A DNA stretch of 64,000 nt, from positions 2,098-66,097 of the forward strand of contig SKMK01000042.1 in assembly GCA_007121075.1 (NCBI GenBank). Direction: 5' to 3'. Shown piece by piece: positions 49,200-58,389 of the stretch (positions are counted from its first letter, which is position 1; the number at the start of each line of letters is the position of its first letter). The translations under genes were made by a program, and so were the position numbers. This DNA comes from Syntrophomonadaceae bacterium (lineage in GTDB: Bacteria > Bacillota > Dethiobacteria > DTU022). The notes under the pieces are model-generated. The model was not told the origin of the DNA, made no database searches, and worked only from the letters and a program-made list of their open reading frames with translations.

Positions 49200-50417
49200 T
49201 TGAAAAATACCCGCAGCATCGAAGAAATTAATGAAAAGATTAAAACTGGAAAGGCCGTCGTTTTTACAGCTGAAGAAATTATTAATGTAGTAGAAGAAAA
49301 AGGTATCAAGAATGCGGCAGCTTCTGTAGATGTGGTAACCACGGGCACATTTGGCCCGATGTGCTCATCCGGAGTTTTTTTGAATGTGGGCCATCCCACT
49401 CCCCGCATAAAATTGAACGAGATTTACCTGAACAGCGTTCCCGCTTACGCAGGTATCGCTGCGGTAGACCTATATCTAGGAGCAACAGCCCTACCGCCAA
49501 GCGATCCGGCCAACAGGAACTATCCCGGTGATTTTATCTATGGCGGCGGCCATGTAATTGAAGAACTGGTAGCCGGAAAGGAAATCCGGATGGAAGCAAC
49601 TGCTTACGGGACAGATTGCTATCCGTTGAAAAAGATCGATACCAGCTTCCGCCTGTCGGAAATTAACGAAGCCACCCTCTATAATCCCCGCAATGCTTAC
49701 CAAAATTATAACGTGGCCGTAAACCTTGGATCTAAAACAATATACACTTACATGGGTGTGCTGAAGATGAATATGGGCAATGCCAATTACAGCTCGGCCG
49801 GTCAGCTAAGCCCGCTATTCAATGACCCCCTTTTAAAAACGATTGGTATTGGGACCCGTATTTTTTTAGGGGGAGGGATTGGTTATGTGGCCTGGCACGG
49901 AACCCAACATAACCCCGGTGCTAAAAGAGTCGAAAACGACACACCCTCGTACCCGGGGGCAACCCTGGCCCTGGTCGGCGACCTGAAACAGATGGAACCG
50001 CGCTGGTTGAGAGGGTTGAGTTTCCTTGGTTACGGGGCAACCATGCAGGTCGGTATGGGTGTTCCCATCCCTGTTTTGAATGAAGAAATAATGCACTACT
50101 GTGCCGTCCGGGATGAAGATCTAAAAGCTCCGGTTGTCGACTATTACCGGGGTTATCCCTATAAAGAAGGCAGTGAACTGGCCCTGGTCAGTTATGCCAA
50201 GCTAAAAAGCGGATCTATTAATATCAGGGGCCGGGAAGTGCCCACGGCTTCGCTTTCCAGCTATGCGGGGGCGCGTGAAATTGCCACCACCTTGAAGGAA
50301 TGGATTCAGGGTGGGCGGTTTACGCTGACAGCACCTTCGGCCCCCCTGCCTTCGGCAGATTCGGGTATTAAAATGAATGCTTTGCCCCAAAGAGATCCGG
50401 ATAACCGGGAGGTTTAG
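49200..50417 (+). CDS. Aspartate-semialdehyde sulfurtransferase / homocysteine biosynthesis protein (DUF39, MA1821-like)
   Basis: RSIEEINEKI..GKAVV.TAEE, VDVVTTGTFGPMCSSG, YGGGHVIE, NPRNAYQNY; TTG start after GGAGG. Confidence 0.9.
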   Translation: MKNTRSIEEINEKIKTGKAVVFTAEEIINVVEEKGIKNAAASVDVVTTGTFGPMCSSGVFLNVGHPTPRIKLNEIYLNSVPAYAGIAAVDLYLGATALPPSDPANRNYPGDFIYGGGHVIEELVAGKEIRMEATAYGTDCYPLKKIDTSFRLSEINEATLYNPRNAYQNYNVAVNLGSKTIYTYMGVLKMNMGNANYSSAGQLSPLFNDPLLKTIGIGTRIFLGGGIGYVAWHGTQHNPGAKRVENDTPSYPGATLALVGDLKQMEPRWLRGLSFLGYGATMQVGMGVPIPVLNEEIMHYCAVRDEDLKAPVVDYYRGYPYKEGSELALVSYAKLKSGSINIRGREVPTASLSSYAGAREIATTLKEWIQGGRFTLTAPSAPLPSADSGIKMNALPQRDPDNREV

Positions 50418-50845
50418 TGATGATCAAACAAAAAATAGTGCTCAGGTATCCGCCGCACGTGGTCGAGCAGCCCACCATTTATCACCTGATTAAGGATTTT
50501 GACCTGATGGTAAATATCCTGAGGGCCGATATCAACCCCAAGAAGGAAGGTCGCCTGATGATGGAACTCAGCGGTAGTGAAAAAAACTACCAGAGGGCAT
50601 TGGAATGGCTACAAGAACTTGGCTTGCAAATCATGGGCCTGGAACAGCAGATTATCTGGAGGGAAGACCGCTGCACCCACTGCGGAGCCTGTACCGTGAT
50701 TTGCCCGACGGAAGCCCTGGCTTTCAACCGGCCAGAGATGACCGTCAGCTTTGATGAATACAAATGTGTGGTTTGTGAGCTCTGCCTTAAAGCCTGCCCG
50801 GCCCGGGCAATGGAAACCCTGGTCGAAAATGCCAATGCCAAATGA
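50417..50845 (+). CDS. NIL-domain 2x[4Fe-4S] ferredoxin (MA1822-like)
   Basis: NIL motif (VNILRA), CTHCGACTVICP, CVVCELCLKACP. Confidence 0.92.
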   Translation: MMIKQKIVLRYPPHVVEQPTIYHLIKDFDLMVNILRADINPKKEGRLMMELSGSEKNYQRALEWLQELGLQIMGLEQQIIWREDRCTHCGACTVICPTEALAFNRPEMTVSFDEYKCVVCELCLKACPARAMETLVENANAK

Positions 50846-51579
50846 GCAAAAGGATCTACAGAAAAAATGCCTGCGGTTTAAGATTGACTTCCTTTTCAGT
50901 AAAAGTCAAAGAAACCGATCTCTGGATTGCCCTCAGCACCGAGGCTTACAATAAAGATCTGCCTTCAGAGGTGGAGCAGTTAGTTTTCAATCACCGTCTT
51001 CTCCTGGAGCAATATCTTGATGATAACCCCTTTTACAAATCGGCTTTTGAGCCCTGCCTGCCGGTAGGAAATCCGCCCGATCTATTCCGGATCATGTCCA
51101 ATGCGGCCAACAGGGCCGGTGTCGGGCCGATGGCGGCCGTTGCCGGAGCTTTTGCCGAAACAGTAGGCCGATACCTGCAGCAGGTAGCCCCGGAAGTGGT
51201 GGTAGAAAACGGGGGCGATATTTACATCAAGGCTCTGGCTCCAATGAATGTGGGTTTATATGCCGGAAATTCGCCTCTGAGTGAAAAGCTGGCCCTTAAG
51301 ATTAATCCCGAACAGACCCCCCTCGGAATTTGCACCTCCTCCGGGATCGTCGGCCCTTCTTTTAGCTTTGGACAAGCCGAAGCAGCCGTGGCTTTATCAC
51401 AGTCCACGCCGCTTGCTGATGCTGTTGCCACCGCAATTGGAAACCGGATCAAAGATGCTCCTGATCTGGAGCCGGCCGTCGAGTATGCCCGGAGCATAAA
51501 AGGAATTACCGGGGCCCTGGCGGTTTACCGTGGTAAGATTGCGGCCTGGGGAGAACTCGAACTTGTAAGAACTGGTTGA
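50842..51579 (+). CDS. UPF0280/COG2122 ApbE-like protein (MA1715-like)
   Basis: VKETDL, VGPMAAVAGA, ENGGDI, GICTSSG, ADAVATAIGN. Confidence 0.9.
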   Translation: MSKRIYRKNACGLRLTSFSVKVKETDLWIALSTEAYNKDLPSEVEQLVFNHRLLLEQYLDDNPFYKSAFEPCLPVGNPPDLFRIMSNAANRAGVGPMAAVAGAFAETVGRYLQQVAPEVVVENGGDIYIKALAPMNVGLYAGNSPLSEKLALKINPEQTPLGICTSSGIVGPSFSFGQAEAAVALSQSTPLADAVATAIGNRIKDAPDLEPAVEYARSIKGITGALAVYRGKIAAWGELELVRTG

Positions 51580-51604
51580 ATGCAGCACTAATCTGCGCTA
51601 TAAT
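51576..51604 (+). promoter_or_regulatory. Sigma-A promoter of tRNA-Thr copy 1
   Basis: TTGAAT-17 bp-TATAAT. Confidence 0.7.
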
Positions 51605-51618
51605 ATTTAATGCTATAA

Positions 51619-51694
51619 GCCGGCATAGCTCAATTGGTAGAGCAGCTGAATCGTAATCAGCATGTTGGGGGTTCGAGTCCTCTTGCCGGCTCCA
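51619..51694 (+). tRNA. tRNA-Thr(CGT), copy 1
   Basis: 76-nt cloverleaf: GCCGGCA/TGCCGGC acceptor stem, anticodon loop ATCGTAA, TTCGAGT T-loop, encoded CCA. Confidence 0.96.
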
Positions 51695-51709
51695 ATAAAA
51701 TAAAATCGG

Positions 51710-51742
51710 AAGGGTTCCGGATCTAATACCCGGAACCCTTTT
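51710..51742 (+). terminator. Terminator after tRNA-Thr copy 1
   Basis: AAGGGTTCCGG...CCGGAACCCTT followed by TT. Confidence 0.8.
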
Positions 51743-51743
51743 G

Positions 51744-51786
51744 GTGTGCCCAACAAATGGGTTAATCTTAACTGAAGATAAAAGTC
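51744..51786 (+). mobile_element. Degenerate 5' remnant of a class IIC group II intron
   Basis: GTGTGCCCAACAAATGGG...AAAAGTC directly after a terminator stem, resembling GUGYGCCC..CAUGGG...GAAAGUC. Confidence 0.5.
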
Positions 51787-51965
51787 ATGCATATATATTA
51801 GGTGCGGATTTTATCATGTTTATGATATCATTATATACATCATATGCTTGATTAAATAAGGTTAAGTCAGTCAATAATAAATTTTGGCTGCTCTCAATAT
51901 TGTTGTTCATTTACTGCCTGCAAAGAATTGAGTATTCAGTTCAGTGCGGCAGCAAATAAAGGAAG

Positions 51966-53261
51966 GTGAGTTGTAACCCAATGGATTCGGCCATAATTGC
52001 CTTATTAATTCTTGCTGTTATAATAATACTTTACATTACCGATATTATACCTATTGCCCTTACTTCAATTGCCGGTTGTATTGCAATGGTTCTTTTTGGA
52101 GTTATTGAATTTGGTGAGGCTTTCAGTGGTTTTTCCGCCAATGTGGTTTTCCTGGTCGGAGGGATGATGTTCGTAGGGAATGCGCTCTTTGAAACCGGGG
52201 GAGCCCAGTTAATAGGGGATAAAATTAAATCCCTTGGCAAATCAAGCGAAAGAAGAATACTAATAGTTATAATGTTGGCCTGTGGTATACTTTCGGCTTT
52301 TCTTAGCAATTCTGCCACAACAGCAATGTTCATATCGGTGATTTTTGGAATGGCCGGCGGAGATATGTTGTTTAGCCGCCGGTTGCTCATGCCCCTGGCC
52401 TTTTCCGCAAACTCTGGCGGAATGTTAACTCTTATTGGTTCAACACCCCCGATTATCGTTCAAGGCATTTTGACAGATGCCGGATATGAACCCCTGGGCT
52501 TCTTTGAGTTTGCCCTGATCGGTTTGCCGATATTTATATTTGTCATACTGTTTATGATGACCATAGGTGCCAGCCAATTAAGCAAAACTATGCAAGTAAA
52601 AAGTGAACCTGTGGCAGAACCTTCTTCAGTGGATTCGGAACTAGATAACAAAGATTATGGCGAAAAGAAAGAAACATCAAAAATGAAATTGACATTTGGC
52701 ATCCTGGGGTTCTGTATCATACTTTTTGCTACTGAGGTTATACCATCTCATTTGACTTCGGTAATAGGCGCCTGGCTGATCATGATAACGGGTTGCCTCA
52801 AATTGAAGAAAGCTTTTAAAAATTTTGATTGGACCACTATATTTGTTTTGGCCGGTTCCCTTGGGATCGCCCGCGGTATAGAACTTAGCGGAGCGGCAGA
52901 ACTCATAGCCAACCAGATTTTAAATATCGGTTTTGCAGAACAGCCAATAATCATCATGGGTATATTCATTGCCGCAGGTATGATCTTTACCCAGATTGTT
53001 TCCAATACCGCCGCAACTGCAATGCTGGCTCCCATTGGTCTTTTTTTAGCACAGGGGATGGGAGTTTCGCCTTATCCTTTTTTACTTGGCCTCTGCACCC
53101 TAGCGGCAGCAGGTTTTGCCACTCCGGTGGCAACTCCTCCCAATACTATGGTTCTTCTCGGGGGTTACAGTTTTACAGATTATTTAAGGGTTGGAGGGTT
53201 ACTCAACCTGTTGGTTTTAATTATCACCATCCTTCTGGTCCCGTTAATCTGGCCCTTTTAA
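51966..53261 (+). CDS. SLC13/DASS family anion transporter
   Basis: Two SNS/SNT motifs (SAFLSNSAT, VSNTAA), TLIGSTPP, PVATPPN; many TM helices. Confidence 0.88.
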   Translation: MSCNPMDSAIIALLILAVIIILYITDIIPIALTSIAGCIAMVLFGVIEFGEAFSGFSANVVFLVGGMMFVGNALFETGGAQLIGDKIKSLGKSSERRILIVIMLACGILSAFLSNSATTAMFISVIFGMAGGDMLFSRRLLMPLAFSANSGGMLTLIGSTPPIIVQGILTDAGYEPLGFFEFALIGLPIFIFVILFMMTIGASQLSKTMQVKSEPVAEPSSVDSELDNKDYGEKKETSKMKLTFGILGFCIILFATEVIPSHLTSVIGAWLIMITGCLKLKKAFKNFDWTTIFVLAGSLGIARGIELSGAAELIANQILNIGFAEQPIIIMGIFIAAGMIFTQIVSNTAATAMLAPIGLFLAQGMGVSPYPFLLGLCTLAAAGFATPVATPPNTMVLLGGYSFTDYLRVGGLLNLLVLIITILLVPLIWPF

Positions 53262-53426
53262 AAGCAAAATAAAAAGTAGCAATATTATAAGGCCGGCTTA
53301 TTTTGTATTTGTGTTATTTGTTTAAATAATTGCAATTAGCCAGCAAAATCATTATAATATCTTTACCAAAGATTTTTTAGATATGGTTGCGGCTTTAAGA
53401 AAAAATGCTTAAAGAAAGGGATTTAA

Positions 53427-53693
53427 ATGGATAAATACAAAGAAGCGATAGAACGGCTTGTCGATGACATGCAGTACGTTAAACCAAAGCTAAAAAATGA
53501 TCGAAGGAATTCGAGGATGGCCAGTCTTTTATCACTTGTCATAGCGGTATTTATTCTTATTATCCTTGCCAGGCTTTATAGTGGTGGTTTATCAGAAGCC
53601 TTCGAAGGCTCCTATATTATTTTTGCCTGTATACTGGTTGTATTAATATGGATTTCAGAGCTTGTTATTCGCAACTATGCGCTAAAAAAATAG
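53427..53693 (+). CDS. Small two-TM hypothetical protein
   Basis: RBS AAGGGA, upstream TATAAT, two hydrophobic helices. Confidence 0.65.
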   Translation: MDKYKEAIERLVDDMQYVKPKLKNDRRNSRMASLLSLVIAVFILIILARLYSGGLSEAFEGSYIIFACILVVLIWISELVIRNYALKK

Positions 53694-53884
53694 AACCGCT
53701 TAACCTTAGTTATAGATGCGCTTTTTAAAAACTTTCTGCTAAGTGCTCTTTCACTCCTATCCTATTTTATCTTAATATGGCTTCGAACCTGTGATGATGT
53801 TGGGGCTTGAATCATTTGCCGATATTGTCTAGTTTGTACTGACAGTCCTTCAGCATAATAATATATCAGAAATTTCCACTTTGT

Positions 53885-54169
53885 TTGACATCTTTCGAGT
53901 TCTTATGGTATATTTAGCTTGCGCAAAACTTAATCTACTATTATGTTACTTATACCTGCAAGCAATTATGCTTAACCCGCATTAACCTTATCAGTAACCT
54001 GGCAAAAAACAAATAACAACGGCAGCCTTTCCGGTAATGCTTAAAAAACTGACGTTTAAAGTTATTCTTAAAGAGTGCTTTAAACATTTTGCAAGCCTGG
54101 CGTGGGGATTGCGGTAATAGTTATCAATAACTTGTTTTAATGCAATTTATTGTTAGGGAGGTGTAACTT
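53885..54169 (+). promoter_or_regulatory. Promoter and long structured leader of the CBS genes
   Basis: TTGACA-18 bp-TATATT with TG; nested stems 53950-54166. Confidence 0.45.
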
Positions 54170-54189
54170 ATGTTAAAGGGGGTTTCCGG

Positions 54190-54672
54190 ATGCTAAAAGC
54201 TAAAGACATTATGACCAAAGAGGTAGTCACGGTTGCCGAGCAGGACACTTTGCAAGATGTCGTTGACCTGTTGTCCAGACATCGCTTTGGGGGGCTGCCA
54301 GTTGTTGATAATGAATTGAATTTAAAAGGTGTTATCTCAGTAACAGACATAGTGCATTATTCCGAGAAAATTGACGTGGTCCCGTTAATCAATCTCTCCG
54401 GGTGGGTTTCTCCTCACAGCGATACCAACAGTCTATTTTACCTTCGCAAAGGTCAGGATGCTTTGCATTACACCGTTGTAGGGGATATCATGAGAAGAAA
54501 AGTATATACGGCCAAAGAAGATGATCCTTTAAATGAGGTGGCTAGATTAATGAAGCGCCGCCGGATTAACAGGGTGCCCATAGTTGATAATGACAACAAG
54601 CTGCTCGGTATTGTTACCAGATCCGATATTGTAAAAGGTATAAGTCAACTGGAAGAATTTGTGGAAGCTTGA
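54190..54672 (+). CDS. Stand-alone CBS-pair protein
   Basis: AKDIMT, GGLPVVD, NRVPIVD, GIVTRSDI. Confidence 0.92.
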   Translation: MLKAKDIMTKEVVTVAEQDTLQDVVDLLSRHRFGGLPVVDNELNLKGVISVTDIVHYSEKIDVVPLINLSGWVSPHSDTNSLFYLRKGQDALHYTVVGDIMRRKVYTAKEDDPLNEVARLMKRRRINRVPIVDNDNKLLGIVTRSDIVKGISQLEEFVEA

Positions 54673-54706
54673 GCTGTTCAGGCGTTTAAAGGAAGGAATG
54701 AGCGCT

Positions 54707-55174
54707 ATGGTCAGGGCTAAAGATATTATGAGCAGATCATTGATAACCATAACGGAAGATGAAACATTAAAAGAGGCTATAGATCTTTTGACTATGCATC
54801 ATTTTGGTGGCCTGCCTGTTGTGGACGGGGAAGGGAATCTCAGGGGGGCAGTATCCATAACCGACATTGTTCAGTTTGCCAGAGGCATAGACGAAAAGCC
54901 GCTGGTTAATTTATCAAAATGGTTTTCGGCCAAATCTGATGATATAGACACGTTTTATTCGAGGAAAAGCCGGGAGGCGATGAAGAATGCCCTGGTTAGA
55001 GATGCAATGAGCGTAAAAATTATAACGGCCGGGGAAGAGGAGCCTCTAAATGAAATGGGCCGTATGATGAAACGACATCGGACCAACCGGATTTATATTG
55101 TTGACGATCAAGGTAAAATTATTGGTATTGTTACCAGGGCTGATTTAATCCAGGGCGTCAGCAAATCTTCGTAA
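54707..55174 (+). CDS. Stand-alone CBS-pair protein, tandem paralog
   Basis: MVRAKDIMS, HHFGGLPVVD, GIVTRADL; alignable end to end with the upstream gene. Confidence 0.9.
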   Translation: MVRAKDIMSRSLITITEDETLKEAIDLLTMHHFGGLPVVDGEGNLRGAVSITDIVQFARGIDEKPLVNLSKWFSAKSDDIDTFYSRKSREAMKNALVRDAMSVKIITAGEEEPLNEMGRMMKRHRTNRIYIVDDQGKIIGIVTRADLIQGVSKSS

Positions 55175-55184
55175 GCATACATAA

Positions 55185-55220
55185 ATGCAACTGCTAAAGG
55201 GGACATGCAACTGCTAAAGG
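55185..55220. repeat. 16-bp direct repeat, two copies, period 20
   Basis: ATGCAACTGCTAAAGG at 55185 and 55205. Confidence 0.9.
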
Positions 55221-55222
55221 CA

Positions 55223-55251
55223 TTGCAATAATAATAACATTGCAGTATAAT
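55223..55251 (+). promoter_or_regulatory. Sigma-A promoter of the lipoprotein gene
   Basis: TTGCAA-17 bp-TATAAT. Confidence 0.65.
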
Positions 55252-55327
55252 CCATATAGTTTATTTAAAAAAATTCTTGCCGATTAAAACGAATTACAAT
55301 AACAGAACCTTTTAAGGAGGAACATGA

Positions 55328-55858
55328 ATGCCTAAACTTAAGGCTGTTTTATTGCTTGTCCTCTCAGTTGGGTTGATTTTAACTTTATCGGGATGCGGGT
55401 TGCTCTTTTCTCAAAGCGCAGACCAGGAGGAAGTTAAATCAGATCCGGGAATAGAACTTCCGGAATGGCTGTTGTTAGCTCACCGCAGTACAGGTGATCT
55501 CAGGGCTGAAGAAGATCAAGAGCCGGCAATGCCGAAAAGCGATGAAGAAGATGATGAAGACAAAGATATAGAGGTAACGGCAGAACCTGATCCGGAAACA
55601 GCTGCACCGGCATCACAGGAGCAACCTGTTTCGCAGCCAGCTCCTGCAACTCAACCTGCTCAATCAAGCAGCCCTGCGGAAGAAGAAATAGAAGAGAGCA
55701 GCGGACCGTCCAAGTCGCAGCAGATGCTAGCTGAATCCTGGAATCAAAGACAGGATCAGGATGACCAGTCTGACAATGATATCGACAAAGGTGACGAAGA
55801 TGAGAGCTGGTGGAATCCTTCTAAGCAAAATTTCACCCATGATAAACCGGACTGGTAA
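55328..55858 (+). CDS. Acidic, largely disordered lipoprotein
   Basis: AAGGAGG RBS, signal peptide with LSGC lipobox, E/D/P/Q/S-rich body. Confidence 0.8.
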   Translation: MPKLKAVLLLVLSVGLILTLSGCGLLFSQSADQEEVKSDPGIELPEWLLLAHRSTGDLRAEEDQEPAMPKSDEEDDEDKDIEVTAEPDPETAAPASQEQPVSQPAPATQPAQSSSPAEEEIEESSGPSKSQQMLAESWNQRQDQDDQSDNDIDKGDEDESWWNPSKQNFTHDKPDW

Positions 55859-55932
55859 TTCGCTGATTTTTTATTTATCAAAGTTTTTCCTGTAACAGCC
55901 CGCACTGATAAGCAAACTAGCTGTGCTGCATT

Positions 55933-55960
55933 AAAAAAAGGGGCAAAAAGCCCCTTTTTT
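55933..55960. terminator. Bidirectional terminator
   Basis: AAAAAAAGGGGC-aaaaa-GCCCCTTTTTT between convergent genes. Confidence 0.85.
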
Positions 55961-56086
55961 ATGCTCAATTATGGGCAGGCCGGGGTTAATATGGTTCAAC
56001 CCTTAAGACCTTTTATCTTTTTTTGGCTGCGTCTATAGATTAATTTAAATGACCGGTTCTGCTTTCCGGATGAGCCCATTTTGAGC

Positions 56087-56284
56087 TTACCTGTTTTTTC
56101 TGGTCAACATGGAGGTCAGGTAGCCGAGAATAAAACCGCCGATCAGGATAATTGCAATCAATATAATCTGGGACATGGAGATGGACCAAAAGAGAAGGTG
56201 CAGGGACGTAACCTGAGTGTTTTGGGCCAGGATGATTAAAAAGAGAATGACCAGGACCAGGATAACAATAACCTTGGGTTTCAT
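56087..56284 (-). CDS. LapA/DUF1049-like small membrane protein
   Basis: TM-QNTQV..L.LLFW-TM pattern. Confidence 0.78.
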   Translation of the reverse strand: MKPKVIVILVLVILFLIILAQNTQVTSLHLLFWSISMSQIILIAIILIGGFILGYLTSMLTRKNR

Positions 56285-56471
56285 ATCAATACCCCCATTT
56301 CATAGTAAATATAACATGACTGTATATTCCCTATTTTAATATTCACCCTTATTCCTGTTTTCCCTTCAAAAATCGAATAAATATCTATTATTGTGACAAA
56401 CAGGCCCTTTTACTGGATCACCCTCTCAAATATGTTATGATAGAAAAGAAAATGACCAGGGGTGTTTTATC

Positions 56472-57530
56472 TTGCAATATCCTTGTATTACTGCAGATTT
56501 AAGAAAGATGGCCGAAAACGTAGCTCTGGTGAAAAAGAAGTGTGCCGACAGCGGGATAGACATCATTGGGGTGACAAAGGGTTTTTGTGCCCACCCGGAA
56601 ATAGTGGAAGCTTATCTCAAGGGCGGAGTAAGTGGTCTGGGAGATGCAAGACTGAGAAACCTGGAAAAACTAAAATCTTTTAATGTCCCCAAATATCTAA
56701 TGCGAATACCCATGCTAAGCGAAGTAGAAGATGTGATCAGACTCTCCAATATAAGTATGAACTCTGAGCTTGAAACCATAAAAGCGCTGGGACGGGAGGC
56801 GCTTCGTCAGGGCAAAGTGCACAGTATTATCCTGATGGTTGAACTGGGAGACGTCAGGGAGGGAGTGCTCCAGGAAGAGGTGGTGGATTATGTCCGGGAA
56901 ATCCTCAACATTAACGGAGTTAAATTTCTGGGTATAGGGGCTAATCTATCCTGCTTTGGGGGCGTTATTCCTGATGAGAAGAACATGGGTCGGCTGGCCG
57001 GGTTGGCTGAACAGGTAGAGCAAGAACTTGATATTAATGTGGAAATTGTATCTGGAGGCAGCACTTCGAGCTTCCCCCTGGTTGATAAAAAGAGGATGCC
57101 TGGCAAAATAAACCACCTCAGGTTTGGCGAAATTTTTATCTCAGGTACCTATCTGGATGCGCGGGAAGGGGCTCATTATGATGTTTTTAAAATGGAAGCA
57201 GAGGTAATCGAGATTAAGCGAAAACCATCTATTCCCACCGGGGAGATTGGCCTCGATGCTTTTTTTAGAAAGCCGGTGTTCGAGGACCGGGGAATCAGGA
57301 AAAGAGCCTTACTGGCCATTGGCAGGCAGGATGTAGATCTTGATCAGATTAAGCCATGCGATAAAGAAATTGAGATAATCGGCGCCAGCAGCGACCATTT
57401 AATTGTTGATGTTGACTCCTGCTCAAGAAATTACAGGGTTGGCGATATTATCGAATTTAATTTAAACTATGTCTCTATACTGCGTCTTATGACTTCTGAG
57501 TACGTCCATAAAGTGATAATCCGTTCATAA
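56472..57530 (+). CDS. PLP-dependent alanine/ornithine racemase family protein (Orr-like)
   Basis: GVTK PLP lysine, RIPMLSEVEDV, SMNSE, ELGDVREG, SGGSTS, GASSDH. Confidence 0.85.
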   Translation: MQYPCITADLRKMAENVALVKKKCADSGIDIIGVTKGFCAHPEIVEAYLKGGVSGLGDARLRNLEKLKSFNVPKYLMRIPMLSEVEDVIRLSNISMNSELETIKALGREALRQGKVHSIILMVELGDVREGVLQEEVVDYVREILNINGVKFLGIGANLSCFGGVIPDEKNMGRLAGLAEQVEQELDINVEIVSGGSTSSFPLVDKKRMPGKINHLRFGEIFISGTYLDAREGAHYDVFKMEAEVIEIKRKPSIPTGEIGLDAFFRKPVFEDRGIRKRALLAIGRQDVDLDQIKPCDKEIEIIGASSDHLIVDVDSCSRNYRVGDIIEFNLNYVSILRLMTSEYVHKVIIRS

Positions 57531-57689
57531 CCCATAGGGTTGTTTTGATTATCTTATTTATTAACCCGGGGAAACACTGGAGAGGTATAAACCGGTCAAA
57601 GTTACAGGTATTCGGGGCAGTGATTTTTATAAAGCAGATCACAGCCGGTTTAAAAGCCAGTATTTACTTTGCTAAAGGAGGTTGTTAAC

Positions 57690-58361
57690 ATGCCGGAGAT
57701 ATCCTTTTGGGGCCATGCCTGCTTTTTGATTTCTGAAGAAGGAAAGGAAACGTTGATTTTTGATCCTTTCATCAGCGACAATCCACTTGCGCCTGTAAAG
57801 GTGGGAGAAGCATATGCCGATTATATCCTTCTTTCACACGCTCACTGGGACCACCTTGGTGATGCGTACGAAATAGCCAAACAACATGGGGCAACAATTA
57901 TTTCTACGTCGGAAATTGCCAAAAAAGCTGCTTCAGATGGGCTTAATGCCCACGCCCAGCATCTTGGCGGGCGCAGTTATCATCCTTTTGGATCTGTAAA
58001 ACTTACCCTTGCCTTTCACGGTGCCGGTATAGAGGGAGGGCATGCCTGCGGTTTTATTGTGGACTATTATGGCAATAAAATATACTTTGCCGGAGACACC
58101 GGGTTGTTTAGCGATATGAAGCTGATTGGTGAACTGGATTCTCTTGACGTGGCCCTGCTGCCGATTGGCGATAACTTTACTATGGGCGTTGATGACGCTG
58201 TCATAGCAGCTTCATTCCTGCAGGCAAAGGTAGTTATTCCTTACCATTACAACACATGGCCTTTAATCGAAACAGATCCTGAATTATTTAAGCAGAAGGT
58301 AGAAGCGAAAACCGATAGCAGGTGTGTGATCTTGCCTCCTGGAAGCGGCTATAATCTTTAA
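57690..58361 (+). CDS. UPF0173/UlaG-like MBL-fold metal-dependent hydrolase
   Basis: GHACF, DPFI..NP, SHAHWDHLGD, AGDTG, LPIGDNFTMG, HYNTW. Confidence 0.9.
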   Translation: MPEISFWGHACFLISEEGKETLIFDPFISDNPLAPVKVGEAYADYILLSHAHWDHLGDAYEIAKQHGATIISTSEIAKKAASDGLNAHAQHLGGRSYHPFGSVKLTLAFHGAGIEGGHACGFIVDYYGNKIYFAGDTGLFSDMKLIGELDSLDVALLPIGDNFTMGVDDAVIAASFLQAKVVIPYHYNTWPLIETDPELFKQKVEAKTDSRCVILPPGSGYNL

Positions 58362-58389
58362 TAACTGGTAAAACTTTGCCTTTATTTTA

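Noticed and set aside
55185-55244. Possible mini-CRISPR
   Set aside because: Two 16-bp units with a 4-bp spacer, and no cas genes
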